The notes below the pieces were generated by a model. It was not told where the DNA came from. It was given only the letters and a program-made list of their open reading frames with translations, and did no database searches. The translations under genes were made by a program, and so were the position numbers. This document shows positions 37,716-47,415 of a DNA stretch of 64,000 bases, one piece after another (position 1 is the first letter of the stretch; every line of letters begins with the position of its first letter). The DNA is from a virus, in IMG/VR virus record IMGVR_UViG_3300025138_000015; one strand, given 5' to 3'.

Positions 37716-38463
37716 GTTTTAAACCCCAATGAGATATAGGCAGATGATTTGATAATTCATGTTTGCCATCAAATGTAAAAATCCAACCCAAATAATTCCA
37801 TGTTTCAATTGACTTGTAGTATGTTAAAAATTCCAAGTTTCCTTCCCATATTATCTTTTTATAATGAAAATTATTTCTATACATCAAATTTTCTTTTATA
37901 TCAGGATAGTAATCTTGTAAGAACTGTTTAGAATATTTGGAATGTTTATCATAACCTATATCTTCGTATTCACAAGTTGACTCTCCTCTGATATCTGATA
38001 GTTGCACTTTATTTGGATATAGTTTATCTATAAAGTTATGTCTTGTTGCGTATTCAACTAAGTCCAGTATGTGTCCAACATCTAACTCTTTATCTTCTTC
38101 TTTATAAAAGTTTTTAAGAAATCGTTTTTCATCCCAAAGTTCTGATGTTAACCATTCATGCAAGTAGATATCACATTCTGGTAATTCTGTTTCTAGTAAA
38201 TCACCATGAATATACTCTACTGTATCTCCTAGAATCTCTTTCATTCTATCTATAAGTTCAGACCGTCTCTCTAAGGCATATACTTTCTTTGCACCATACT
38301 TGACTGCAAGATAACATAGTATGCCTGAACCAGCACCCAAATCTATGACTATTTTATCTTTAACATTCTCTGATATCCAATTCTCATATGATGTATTTCT
38401 TTGAGAGTCGGTGAAGCAATATGCGGTTTTAAAGAACTCCACATCTTTTGGTGGTTTAATCAT
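37702..38463 (-). CDS. SAM-dependent methyltransferase, protein-arginine methyltransferase-like
   Basis: D..R...Y motif, VIDLGAGSGIL, GAKKVYALE, CDIYLHEWLTSELWDE, SHW. Confidence 0.8.
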   Translation of the reverse strand: MIKPPKDVEFFKTAYCFTDSQRNTSYENWISENVKDKIVIDLGAGSGILCYLAVKYGAKKVYALERRSELIDRMKEILGDTVEYIHGDLLETELPECDIYLHEWLTSELWDEKRFLKNFYKEEDKELDVGHILDLVEYATRHNFIDKLYPNKVQLSDIRGESTCEYEDIGYDKHSKYSKQFLQDYYPDIKENLMYRNNFHYKKIIWEGNLEFLTYYKSIETWNYLGWIFTFDGKHELSNHLPISHWGLKHGTT

Positions 38464-38466
38464 AAT

Positions 38467-38862
38467 CTATTTGTTTTTCTTTAAGAACTTCTGTAATTCT
38501 GCAGTTGACCCAACATATAAATGATTGTGTTGGTCTCTAATTTTTTCATCATTGTCTTCAAGTTTTCTAAGTTTCTGTTGAACATCGAGAAGCTTCTCTG
38601 CAGTCTCACCAACTGTTTTAATTAATTGGCCTGCAACTTCATATGCACGAGGATTCTCAGTCTCTTTACAGACATCTAAGATTCCTTCGATTGCATCTTG
38701 TCCTCTTTCAACAAGACCGTACAAGTTTTCTCTAGTGTATTTGTAATCAGTCTCAATGTTTTGAGACCTTTCTTTAGGAATTACCACTGCAGTGGTTTCT
38801 TTTTTAATCGAAGATTGAATGTCTAAAACATCATCTAGTTTTTTATCTATATCTTTTGGCAT
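38467..38862 (-). CDS. gp16: Terminase small subunit
   Basis: DYKYTRENLY, PRAYEVAGQLIK, VGSTAELQK. Confidence 0.93.
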   Translation of the reverse strand: MPKDIDKKLDDVLDIQSSIKKETTAVVIPKERSQNIETDYKYTRENLYGLVERGQDAIEGILDVCKETENPRAYEVAGQLIKTVGETAEKLLDVQQKLRKLEDNDEKIRDQHNHLYVGSTAELQKFLKKNK

Positions 38863-38864
38863 AA

Positions 38865-39911
38865 TTAAGCATCACTTGTAAGGTCCTCTGAATATGTGGT
38901 AGAACCTCCGTCATCATAAAAATTCACTGTTTCTGCAACTACGAATGTATCACCTGGGTCTACTGAACCAACGAATAACAACTTCGTATTTGCATCAATA
39001 GTAATTGCATTACTCACTACTATTGATAATTTATTACTTGCAACCGATGTAATGGTAGGATTTGTTGTTAGGTTTGTACCAAACACTTCATCACTTGCAC
39101 TTATCTTACTATTTATGGCACTTGGGAAAGTGACTGTGGTTGAGTTAGATACAGCATTTGCAACTTCATCGAAAGCAGGTTCGTAATGTTTAACTTCTTT
39201 TACAAGACCTGAACTTTGAATTTGTGTTGTAGTGAAACCAACATTATCATCTGAGTTAATGTAATCTCTTTCAATAACATTTTTAATAATCTTACCAGTA
39301 TAAACAGGACCGAAGAAGTATAATTTCATATCAAAGTCTAATGAATACTCAATGAATCTCCTTTCTTCAAATCCACTCTCATAGTTATCTTCGAATGCTA
39401 CAGTTTTGAGTGTGATTGGTACATCTCTATAATCAGTCATAGAGTCAATCATTTTCATTGTGACTGTATACTCTGGTTGAAAATAGGGTATAATTTGTTC
39501 TACAATTTGTAATGCATCGTTCATGTTCTTAGTCATAATACTAAGTTTAAAACCTAATGTATATGGTGCAGGATTATATTGAAATCCTCTATTAACACCA
39601 TCTGATTCTAAGGAACTTTTCTGACTTCTAATTAACTTGTTTTGTTGTCTCGTTGCATCATATTCTATACTAGATAATTCAAACGCCATTCTAGGAAATG
39701 TCATACCTGTAATATTGCCATCTCGTTCTTTCGGGTCTACATTTATTCTCTCTAACCATTTCTGTTTTGGACCATATGATATAGGAACTATCTGTTGACC
39801 TACAACAGTACCATCTGCTTTTATCTTTTTAAGAGTTATGTTATTGAATAATGTTCCAAAAATAGATACACTTCTTTTAATTGTTTCATTATAAAAATAT
39901 GTACCGAACAT
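38865..39911 (-). CDS. gp15: Tail sheath stabilizer/completion protein
   Basis: FGTLFNNI, VPISYGP, QIVEQIIPYFQP. Confidence 0.95.
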   Translation of the reverse strand: MFGTYFYNETIKRSVSIFGTLFNNITLKKIKADGTVVGQQIVPISYGPKQKWLERINVDPKERDGNITGMTFPRMAFELSSIEYDATRQQNKLIRSQKSSLESDGVNRGFQYNPAPYTLGFKLSIMTKNMNDALQIVEQIIPYFQPEYTVTMKMIDSMTDYRDVPITLKTVAFEDNYESGFEERRFIEYSLDFDMKLYFFGPVYTGKIIKNVIERDYINSDDNVGFTTTQIQSSGLVKEVKHYEPAFDEVANAVSNSTTVTFPSAINSKISASDEVFGTNLTTNPTITSVASNKLSIVVSNAITIDANTKLLFVGSVDPGDTFVVAETVNFYDDGGSTTYSEDLTSDA

Positions 39912-40765
39912 TATGTGACCTCACCGAAAGGATTGGTTTCTGAGAAGTCTAGGTAACCATCTGCACTAGTCTCTAAGTCTGCATTATCGGCACCTGTACC
40001 ATCATTCATTGTTAGAATATCTCTAATACTTGCAACTGTATAAGATGCATTGTTAACGGCACCAACTATCGTGTCACCAACCTGAATCGTTGTGGTGATG
40101 TCTTTAACTGTAAGTAGATGTGTAGATGCTTTCCAAGATGTTACCTCTCCAATGGTTGTACCACCAATGGATATTGATTCATTCGCTGCATAGTCACCTG
40201 AACCAGAAGAATCTAATGTTAATTGAATTGTATATGCTTGTTGGTCTTCAACGATATCAATTGCATCAATTTCTGTATCGAAGTCTTCTCCTGAGTATTC
40301 AAACAATGTACATTTGAGTTTGAAAACAAATAGTTTACCTATTTGATAGAAAGGATTTTGGTCTTCTACATATCTAATTTCAAACATAGAACCTGACATA
40401 GGAAAATATACTAAATCTCCTTCGTTAGGTCTAAGTGATGAAACTAAATTTGAATCTAATGATATGAATCTTTCCCAGGTTCTAAGTGAAAGTGTGAAGG
40501 TACATTCTTCTTGTGTTTGAATACCAAACTTAGAGAATAAATCCTCACCTTCAAACCCCTCAACATTATCCAAGTACATCTCTACTGAATAAGCATCTCC
40601 GAATTTTGATTGAACATCTTCTCCTAGAATAGAATCTTCTTCGACTATTTCTCTAGGCAGATAGTATGTTTCATGACCATAGAATCTAAGTGACTCAACA
40701 ACTAAATCCTCGTATAGGTGTTGTTCAGTATTAACTGCATGGTTAAAAAATACATTTGTTGGCAT
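39911..40765 (-). CDS. gp14: Neck protein
   Basis: YYLPRE, RPNEGDLVYFP, PFYQIGK, FSETNPFG. Confidence 0.95.
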   Translation of the reverse strand: MPTNVFFNHAVNTEQHLYEDLVVESLRFYGHETYYLPREIVEEDSILGEDVQSKFGDAYSVEMYLDNVEGFEGEDLFSKFGIQTQEECTFTLSLRTWERFISLDSNLVSSLRPNEGDLVYFPMSGSMFEIRYVEDQNPFYQIGKLFVFKLKCTLFEYSGEDFDTEIDAIDIVEDQQAYTIQLTLDSSGSGDYAANESISIGGTTIGEVTSWKASTHLLTVKDITTTIQVGDTIVGAVNNASYTVASIRDILTMNDGTGADNADLETSADGYLDFSETNPFGEVT

Positions 40766-40769
40766 AATA

Positions 40770-41585
40770 TTATCCCATTAAGTCAATTGGCATCATATCA
40801 AAATTCAACCTTGACTCTTCTTCTAATCGTGTAATCTCTTCTTGTGCTTCAGTCTTCATCTGAGTTGCATCTAATGTCACACCACCTGGTAATGCAACAC
40901 CTGAGAACTTAGATAAGTTTTCTCCCCATTGATACTTGACTAATGCAGTTGCATATTTCTTCAACCACATATCATTATATATGTCGGTAAAGTTTGTAGG
41001 GTCTATCTTTCTATAACATTCCACAATGATATACTCATCTGCACTTACATTTGAAGTGTCCATATCTAAGTATAGTCTGTTCTGATGAGTATTATATCTT
41101 ATTGGTGTTTGTCCAACCAGTAAATCATCTAACATACTAATGTGTTGTTGAACCATTGAATAGTTTAGAATGCTTGTTGATGTTAAATCTTGCATATCAT
41201 TAAGTCTCATTTGATATCTAAGGTCAAACATATTTAAATTGTGTTTATCATTGAATGGGAATATGTTCATAACAGCAAGAACAAACTCTGGAAGAACGAT
41301 ATAATTCTGTTGTTCTTTAAATGAAGTGTTTGAATAATCGTGTGTTCCTGCAGGATTCGATGTCATACTTGTATCAGTCTTCATCTGAGTTAGATTAGAA
41401 GATGTAAGTTGATGTTTTAGATATGTTTTAATAGAACCATCGTAATGATACTCATGAAAGTATTGTAGTGCCTCATCTATTCTATCATCAAACTGGTCGT
41501 CATCAACATTGATTTCTAAAACAGGCGCACCAAGTCTTCTTTTGATGTATTCTTTGAAGGTTGCTTTGCTATTTGGTTTTGCCAT
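40770..41585 (-). CDS. gp13: Neck protein
   Basis: RRLGAPVLEINV, WLKKYATAL, QWGENLSKF, LPGGV. Confidence 0.95.
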   Translation of the reverse strand: MAKPNSKATFKEYIKRRLGAPVLEINVDDDQFDDRIDEALQYFHEYHYDGSIKTYLKHQLTSSNLTQMKTDTSMTSNPAGTHDYSNTSFKEQQNYIVLPEFVLAVMNIFPFNDKHNLNMFDLRYQMRLNDMQDLTSTSILNYSMVQQHISMLDDLLVGQTPIRYNTHQNRLYLDMDTSNVSADEYIIVECYRKIDPTNFTDIYNDMWLKKYATALVKYQWGENLSKFSGVALPGGVTLDATQMKTEAQEEITRLEEESRLNFDMMPIDLMG

Positions 41586-41627
41586 AGTAATATTCCATTT
41601 TAAGGTCTACTACTATTTATACAGATT

Positions 41628-41888
41628 CTATTCTTGGAAATAGGTTTTACTCTGGAGTCTATCTATCTTCTCATCAATTCTTTGAAGTTGTCTAGCAAGT
41701 CTTTCCATGTCTTGTTCAATCTCTTGCCTGGTGACATAGTCTCTAGCAACCTCTTCTCGTGTTTTGTTAACTAGAATATCAAGTCTTTTCTGTTCTGAGA
41801 GAACTGACCTTACAAGAAACCCTAACGGTGCTAATACTACCGTTATAAGTATATTCCAAATTACATGTGCGTCGATTATTAATTCCAT
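41628..41888 (-). CDS. TM plus coiled-coil hypothetical protein
   Basis: N-terminal TM, TREEVARDYVTR; CATAAATA 5 nt upstream. Confidence 0.65.
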   Translation of the reverse strand: MELIIDAHVIWNILITVVLAPLGFLVRSVLSEQKRLDILVNKTREEVARDYVTRQEIEQDMERLARQLQRIDEKIDRLQSKTYFQE

Positions 41889-41906
41889 ACAGTTATTTAT
41901 GGAATA

Positions 41907-42629
41907 TCACTGTTCTAAAGTCGACACCTGAAGAATTTTTCCATCTAAAGTTATATCAAATAGAGTTTCATCCCAACGGAAACCCTCAATTTCTTCTACT
42001 TTATTGTCACCTTTGAATTTATAACCCATATTAAATGATATACTATATCTATCTCTATCTGTAGTATTTGGTTCGACCATGTGAGTTAAACCACTAGGAA
42101 AGATATACAACATTCCTGTCTTAGGTTGAAAGTGTTCGTTATCATTGAATCTAGGAGAATTAGGAAAATCACCCATAACTCTTGATGTATCTGACATTGC
42201 AATAAAATCACCTTCATCACCTTGTGCATCTATGTAAAAAGCACCTGACATCCAACAACCATTGTGTTTATGTGGTTTGTTCCAAGCACCCTTATCATTG
42301 ATATTTGCCCATGAGTTATGCATATCGACTACATGACCTTTATGTCTTTCTAACCCCCAAAAAGGCCAAACCTCTTCATAGAGAGTGTCTTTTATACATG
42401 ACATCAATTTCATAAATGCTGGATTGGTATCACAACCATCATTTGATTGCCAACCTGTATCTGCATTTGATATCTTTCTACCTTTAGGGTCGTTTGACCT
42501 CATTTCATCCACCGTTCTTTTAAGTAGAGTCATATAATTATCGTCAAGTGCATTATATTGTGGGTCTAATAAATCTCTTATAAAGACCATTTGTGGGGCA
42601 ATAAACTTAACTGGCATCTTTGTCTCCAA
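41907..42629 (-). CDS. Putative 2OG-Fe(II) oxygenase (TIGR02466-like)
   Basis: SN..GWQS, WANIN...NKPHKH...SGAFY, IFPSGLTHMVEPN, RYSISFN. Confidence 0.85.
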   Translation of the reverse strand: METKMPVKFIAPQMVFIRDLLDPQYNALDDNYMTLLKRTVDEMRSNDPKGRKISNADTGWQSNDGCDTNPAFMKLMSCIKDTLYEEVWPFWGLERHKGHVVDMHNSWANINDKGAWNKPHKHNGCWMSGAFYIDAQGDEGDFIAMSDTSRVMGDFPNSPRFNDNEHFQPKTGMLYIFPSGLTHMVEPNTTDRDRYSISFNMGYKFKGDNKVEEIEGFRWDETLFDITLDGKILQVSTLEQ

Positions 42630-43611
42630 AGTCCATCTCTAGTTGTATTTCGTTTGATTCTTCACTGACATGCATAGGGCATTCAGGTGGTATTTCTAAT
42701 TTGTTTTCTGCATTACCAAATAGTTTGCTTTTAGAAACATGCATACCTAGTTTTCTATAAGGTCCTAAACCACCCTCTTCTAATAGATTCGATTCATTTA
42801 TGGCTGCTTGAACTGATTTCGATGTAATTGAACCATCATTTCTAACATCTTGAAGCTTCTTTTTCTTTTTATTCCTATCTTCTTTCAGTTCTCTATATTC
42901 TAAGTGTAAAGTGGTTGTTTGTTCGTCTCTGTCTTTATATGGAGATGTGATATCTGACATATTATCTATAAAAGCTTTCGGGTCTTTAATCTGTGCCGAT
43001 GAAGACCACTCCTCTCTTCTAAATGGAATTACCTGAACAATTGGTGTTCCTTTTGGTATAATAAATGAATGGTTAACTTTGGGATAGAATATAATTTGTG
43101 CATTGTCCATGTTTAGATTAAACTTATCAGTATCAATTATACCTGGCCAAACACTAAAATGTTGATTCTGGTGTAAGAATGGGTCTAAGTAAAGTGTAGA
43201 ATAACCATCAGGTGTTTTTATATTCCAAGGATTTCTAAATTTAAATGCATCTTTTACTGGAAGTCCAGACATTTTCTCTGGTTCCATAGCATTCCCAAAT
43301 TGTGTGTCTGGATGACTTGTTGAACCTATTTTCTTTTGTTCATAAGACCAAGCAGTCGATTGGGTTCCGTCATCAGAATTTAAATCTTGACCTACTTGAA
43401 CTACGATATCTGTTTCTGCAACTAGATAATACCCCATAGTCAACCAATCCTGCATAGCAGGACATGCTCTGATAGTCTGTTGTTTGTCACCTCTAACTAT
43501 CTCATTAATTCTCATCTTTTTCCACCATTCAGGTTGAACTTTAGATGCAAGAATAGGTTTACTATGTTTAACGGTATTAGGGTTGTATGATGTAAATTCA
43601 ATTGTTGGCAT
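42607..43611 (-). CDS. DUF6065-like hypothetical protein
   Basis: TIRACPAMQD, KFRNPWNIKTPDGYS, GIIDTD, IPKGTPIVQVIPFRRE. Confidence 0.6.
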   Translation of the reverse strand: MPTIEFTSYNPNTVKHSKPILASKVQPEWWKKMRINEIVRGDKQQTIRACPAMQDWLTMGYYLVAETDIVVQVGQDLNSDDGTQSTAWSYEQKKIGSTSHPDTQFGNAMEPEKMSGLPVKDAFKFRNPWNIKTPDGYSTLYLDPFLHQNQHFSVWPGIIDTDKFNLNMDNAQIIFYPKVNHSFIIPKGTPIVQVIPFRREEWSSSAQIKDPKAFIDNMSDITSPYKDRDEQTTTLHLEYRELKEDRNKKKKKLQDVRNDGSITSKSVQAAINESNLLEEGGLGPYRKLGMHVSKSKLFGNAENKLEIPPECPMHVSEESNEIQLEMDFGDKDAS

Positions 43612-44339
43612 TATAAAAGTGTACTCTTTCTTTTGAACTCTACTTCGGTGTATTTTAAATATCTGGTGTTTTGGTCTTTGACAAGTTCAATCTCATCTCC
43701 TCTCACCACTAAAGATTTTCTATCCATGTATCTTGCTGATTCATTCGGAGCATCTGCACCATGAGGTATTCTTCCATCAAATATGACAAGTCTATTAGGA
43801 ACAAACTCGACTTCGGCTACTTGATGTTTTTCAATATGTTCTTGTCTTCCGTCTAAACCTTGATGTGGTTTATCGAACATTCTCAATGTACCACCCCAAT
43901 TAGGATTCCAAAATGTATTTGGGTAATATAGAAATGATATATTCCATGCGTCATCATTTGGACAATCTTGATGTATTGTTCCTGGACAACCTTGTGATTG
44001 TGAATTAAGGCCTGCATATTGAAAACGAGTATATTTAAAACCAAACTCTGTTTCTAATCTTTCTATAAGATACTTTACGAAGAATGTGTCTATTGGTTCC
44101 ATATCTTGTTCTATTGCATAATTATCTCTAAAGAAAGATGCACCCCAAAAAGAATGGTGTGCAAGACCTGTAGGACTATTACTAGACACTTGATTTGTCT
44201 TAGACCACCAACTACTTGTTGTTATGAGTTTATCAAAGTGATGTTGAAGTTCAACTGATAACCAATCATCTAAGACATAGATATCCTTTAAAGGCATGTC
44301 CTGTATATGAAATGGTTTATCAATATGAACAACTTGCAT
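43611..44339 (-). CDS. 2OG-Fe(II) oxygenase
   Basis: IHQD, LYYPN..W...WGG, FVPNRLVIFDGRIPH...R. Confidence 0.88.
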   Translation of the reverse strand: MQVVHIDKPFHIQDMPLKDIYVLDDWLSVELQHHFDKLITTSSWWSKTNQVSSNSPTGLAHHSFWGASFFRDNYAIEQDMEPIDTFFVKYLIERLETEFGFKYTRFQYAGLNSQSQGCPGTIHQDCPNDDAWNISFLYYPNTFWNPNWGGTLRMFDKPHQGLDGRQEHIEKHQVAEVEFVPNRLVIFDGRIPHGADAPNESARYMDRKSLVVRGDEIELVKDQNTRYLKYTEVEFKRKSTLL

Positions 44340-44921
44340 TTAAGACTGTCCTAAATCCACATGTCCTGTTGCCATTGCAGCTGCTGGTATTTGTCTTCTA
44401 TAATGTTCGAAGTCTTTAAGTAATTCTTCTTTAGTGCTAAAGATTTCATCACGGATTTGAAAGTAAACATTGTGAGTATTATCAATATACTCTAAAACTC
44501 TTCTAGCATTTCCTCTTGCTGGATGGTTGGAACCTTCTCTGCCGGCAATTAGAACCATTTGCAAATCACGGAATCCATATAATTGAGCTACCTCTTCATG
44601 TTGTTCCCTAACAACAAAATTAAGTTTTTCAGCATATTGTGATTGAAGATTTATATCTTCTGGTGCTTCAGAGTTTGAAATATATTGTTCACACAATTCT
44701 TTCTCCATATCATTTAAAGCTACCTGTTCCTGGTCTTCGAATCTCTTTCCAGGAATCCATTCCATAATTTTCATTTCAATATCATCATAGACGACAACAT
44801 CAAATTCAAAACCTAATGCAGGTTTATCAACATTCTCGAATGTGTATTCAAGTCCGTTTGGTTTTCTTATATAAAGGTTCTTGTTTTCACAAAATACCAG
44901 TGCGTTCATTTGTTGATTCAT
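44340..44921 (-). CDS. Hypothetical protein resembling tail-fibre assembly chaperones
   Basis: C-terminal AQLYGFRDL...GSNHPARGNARRVLEY helical motif like those in small fibre-associated proteins. Confidence 0.45.
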   Translation of the reverse strand: MNQQMNALVFCENKNLYIRKPNGLEYTFENVDKPALGFEFDVVVYDDIEMKIMEWIPGKRFEDQEQVALNDMEKELCEQYISNSEAPEDINLQSQYAEKLNFVVREQHEEVAQLYGFRDLQMVLIAGREGSNHPARGNARRVLEYIDNTHNVYFQIRDEIFSTKEELLKDFEHYRRQIPAAAMATGHVDLGQS

Positions 44922-44924
44922 AAT

Positions 44925-46559
44925 TTATCCTCTCTTTAAATTATTTAGGTTGTCTCTACGAGTCTTAATTTCCTCGTAATGAGATAGTCGTTTAATGTTA
45001 GATGTATCCATATTTTCTATCCAAGGACCACCTCTTGTATAATGATAACCAGAACAACCCCATTTGGTTTCCGGATTATCATATCCTTCAGTAAAGATGT
45101 AATGTTCAGGTATCTTACTCAATTTATCTGTCCATTCAAACTGATGCAACTGAGCACCTGTCCATGAATTAACAACATCTGGTGTTAGTTTCTTACAATC
45201 TTCATGACCATTGTTAAATATCATTAATGAAGACCATAATTTACATGGATAGTCTATGTTTATTTCACCATTAAACTTAACAGAATCATGTGCGTATTGT
45301 GGGTATTGAATACATGCAACAGCATTATCAGGATTTAAATAGTATAACATTGGTAATAGTGATTTTTCAAAAAGAATATCGTCATCAATAAACATACTAA
45401 AACCTTCATAATTCTCTAAGTAAGGTATTAAGAATCTACTGTATGTAAACGCAGTAGATTGATTCTTATACTCCCTATTATACTCTGGAATCTTTGAATA
45501 GTCAAGATACTTTATTTCAGGCATGAATTGATTTGTAGTATCACCTTGTGAGTATGTTGAACGAATACTCGATTCTATTGAGAACTTTGTTAAATCTTCA
45601 ATTTGTTTATGTGTAGAATCATAACCAATGTATATATTAAATGGTTTTCCTTTTGCAAGTTTATGCACCTTCCTGTTAAACTCATATACTTTAGGTCTGA
45701 AATCCCCCACATTTGCAAACTCACTATTGACTTCTATAACTCCACCTGTTATAATAAAAGATAAATTATCTTGTGTGATTCCTCTTTTTTTGAGTAAGTC
45801 TTTCCAATAATCTAAAAATTCATCAACTGTTGCTGGTTTTATTTCAGGAACTTTATTATGTGGGTCAAAGAAATGACATAACATACTAGGGTCTTGCATC
45901 TCTTCAATAACACCTGAACGAACAGAACCTGGATGAACAAAGAACTTAAATTTCTCATCACCATATGATGTGTCTTTTAAAATAACTCCTTGAATTGGTG
46001 CCCATAATCCTTCTTCGATTATACTTTGAGTTAACCAATGGGCTTTTGCTGAGTGATAGTAGGAACTATCCCACATATTCTTTAGATTTGTATTTGTTTT
46101 GTCATCTTCGTCAACACCTACTCCGTGAGATTGTATATATCTTTCTCCGTTTGGGTCTTCTTCAGTTCTTATCATGTTTGTATTCATTCCCATTGGAAAC
46201 ATTTCTGCTGTAGGACCACAAGTATAACCATGAGGTAAGAATTGATTGTATGTGAGAGAGTGGTGTTTTAGACCGTGCATTGTCACCATGTTGTTGTCTC
46301 TTCTATCTTGCATCACATCACCATATGTGAATAACTTTAGAGGAGGAACTTTACCTTCTTCGAAGATTTTCTTTAAAATTAGATAACAAGGATTATGTTC
46401 TTTCATAACCCTATTTACATTAAGACTTCCTAAATGATAGTGTGGATTTTTGTCTCTTATTGCAAAAGCACTTTCACAACCATCAAAGTCTATAGGTATA
46501 ATTGAGTCTACATCGTCAACTGTTTTAATGTCTGTAAAATCGGGATTATTTGATGCCAT
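44925..46559 (-). CDS. Two-domain protein: unknown (ParB/Srx-like?) N-domain plus GT-A glycosyltransferase
   Basis: IYIGYD, STAFTYSRFLIPYL, FIDDD (DxD), WSSLMIFN, LHQFEW, HYTRGGPW. Confidence 0.82.
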   Translation of the reverse strand: MASNNPDFTDIKTVDDVDSIIPIDFDGCESAFAIRDKNPHYHLGSLNVNRVMKEHNPCYLILKKIFEEGKVPPLKLFTYGDVMQDRRDNNMVTMHGLKHHSLTYNQFLPHGYTCGPTAEMFPMGMNTNMIRTEEDPNGERYIQSHGVGVDEDDKTNTNLKNMWDSSYYHSAKAHWLTQSIIEEGLWAPIQGVILKDTSYGDEKFKFFVHPGSVRSGVIEEMQDPSMLCHFFDPHNKVPEIKPATVDEFLDYWKDLLKKRGITQDNLSFIITGGVIEVNSEFANVGDFRPKVYEFNRKVHKLAKGKPFNIYIGYDSTHKQIEDLTKFSIESSIRSTYSQGDTTNQFMPEIKYLDYSKIPEYNREYKNQSTAFTYSRFLIPYLENYEGFSMFIDDDILFEKSLLPMLYYLNPDNAVACIQYPQYAHDSVKFNGEINIDYPCKLWSSLMIFNNGHEDCKKLTPDVVNSWTGAQLHQFEWTDKLSKIPEHYIFTEGYDNPETKWGCSGYHYTRGGPWIENMDTSNIKRLSHYEEIKTRRDNLNNLKRG

Positions 46560-46560
46560 A

Positions 46561-46595
46561 AAATATCTGTATTAGTTTAATTAATACAGATATTT
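46561..46595. repeat. Perfect 14-bp inverted repeat directly before the glycosyltransferase start
   Basis: AAATATCTGTATTA-gtttaat-TAATACAGATATTT. Confidence 0.85.
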
Positions 46596-46605
46596 AGGTG
46601 TTATT

Positions 46606-47388
46606 TTATGAAGAGACTGGAGATGCTGGCCAAGTTTGTGCTAAACTACCATCCCAACGAGCAACTGGTGTTTGACCTTGTGTTCCATATGTGAATGGAC
46701 TTCTGTTCTGATAAGTGAACGGAGTCTGACCTTGTCTTGCATATGTTCCAGGTTGTCTATTCTGATAAGTGAACGGAGTCTGACCTTGTCTTGAATATGT
46801 AGTAGGATTCTGATTAGAATATGTGAAAGGAGTTTGTCCTTGTCTTGCATATGTTCCAGGTTGCCTATTCTGATATGTTCCAGGTTGTCTTGCATTCGCA
46901 ATGTAAGGTTGCTGACCATTTACAGGATTCTGATAGATAGCAGGTTGTCTTGCATTCGCAATATAAGGTTGTTGACCATTTACAGGATTTCTGTAAGTAA
47001 ATGGACTTCTAGCATTCGCAATATATGGTTGCTGAGCATTTACAGGATTTCTGTAAGTAAATGGTTGTCTCGCATTGGCAATGTAAGGTTGTTGGGCAGA
47101 AACAGGGTTTCTGTATCCAGCAGGATACCTAGCATTGTAAGTAAACGGTTGCTGAGCATTACTAGGTGACTGAGCATTCGCAGGATACCTAGCATTATAA
47201 GTGAAAGGTGTTCTTGCATTACTAGGTGACTGTGCATTTGCAGGATATCTTGCATTATAAGTGAAAGGTGTTCTTGCATTATAAGTGAAAGGTGTTCTTG
47301 CACTATAAGTAAATGGGTTTCGACCACTTGCTATAAAAGGCTGCCTTGCATTTCCTATTGCAGGTGCATAATAGAATCCAATTGCCAT
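46606..47388 (-). CDS. Q/N/P/Y/R-rich repeat protein B1
   Basis: TPFTYNAR, QPYIANAR, QPGTYARQGQ units; GAGGAG SD. Confidence 0.8.
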   Translation of the reverse strand: MAIGFYYAPAIGNARQPFIASGRNPFTYSARTPFTYNARTPFTYNARYPANAQSPSNARTPFTYNARYPANAQSPSNAQQPFTYNARYPAGYRNPVSAQQPYIANARQPFTYRNPVNAQQPYIANARSPFTYRNPVNGQQPYIANARQPAIYQNPVNGQQPYIANARQPGTYQNRQPGTYARQGQTPFTYSNQNPTTYSRQGQTPFTYQNRQPGTYARQGQTPFTYQNRSPFTYGTQGQTPVARWDGSLAQTWPASPVSS

Positions 47389-47415
47389 GTTATTTAACTC
47401 CTCTTAATATATACA

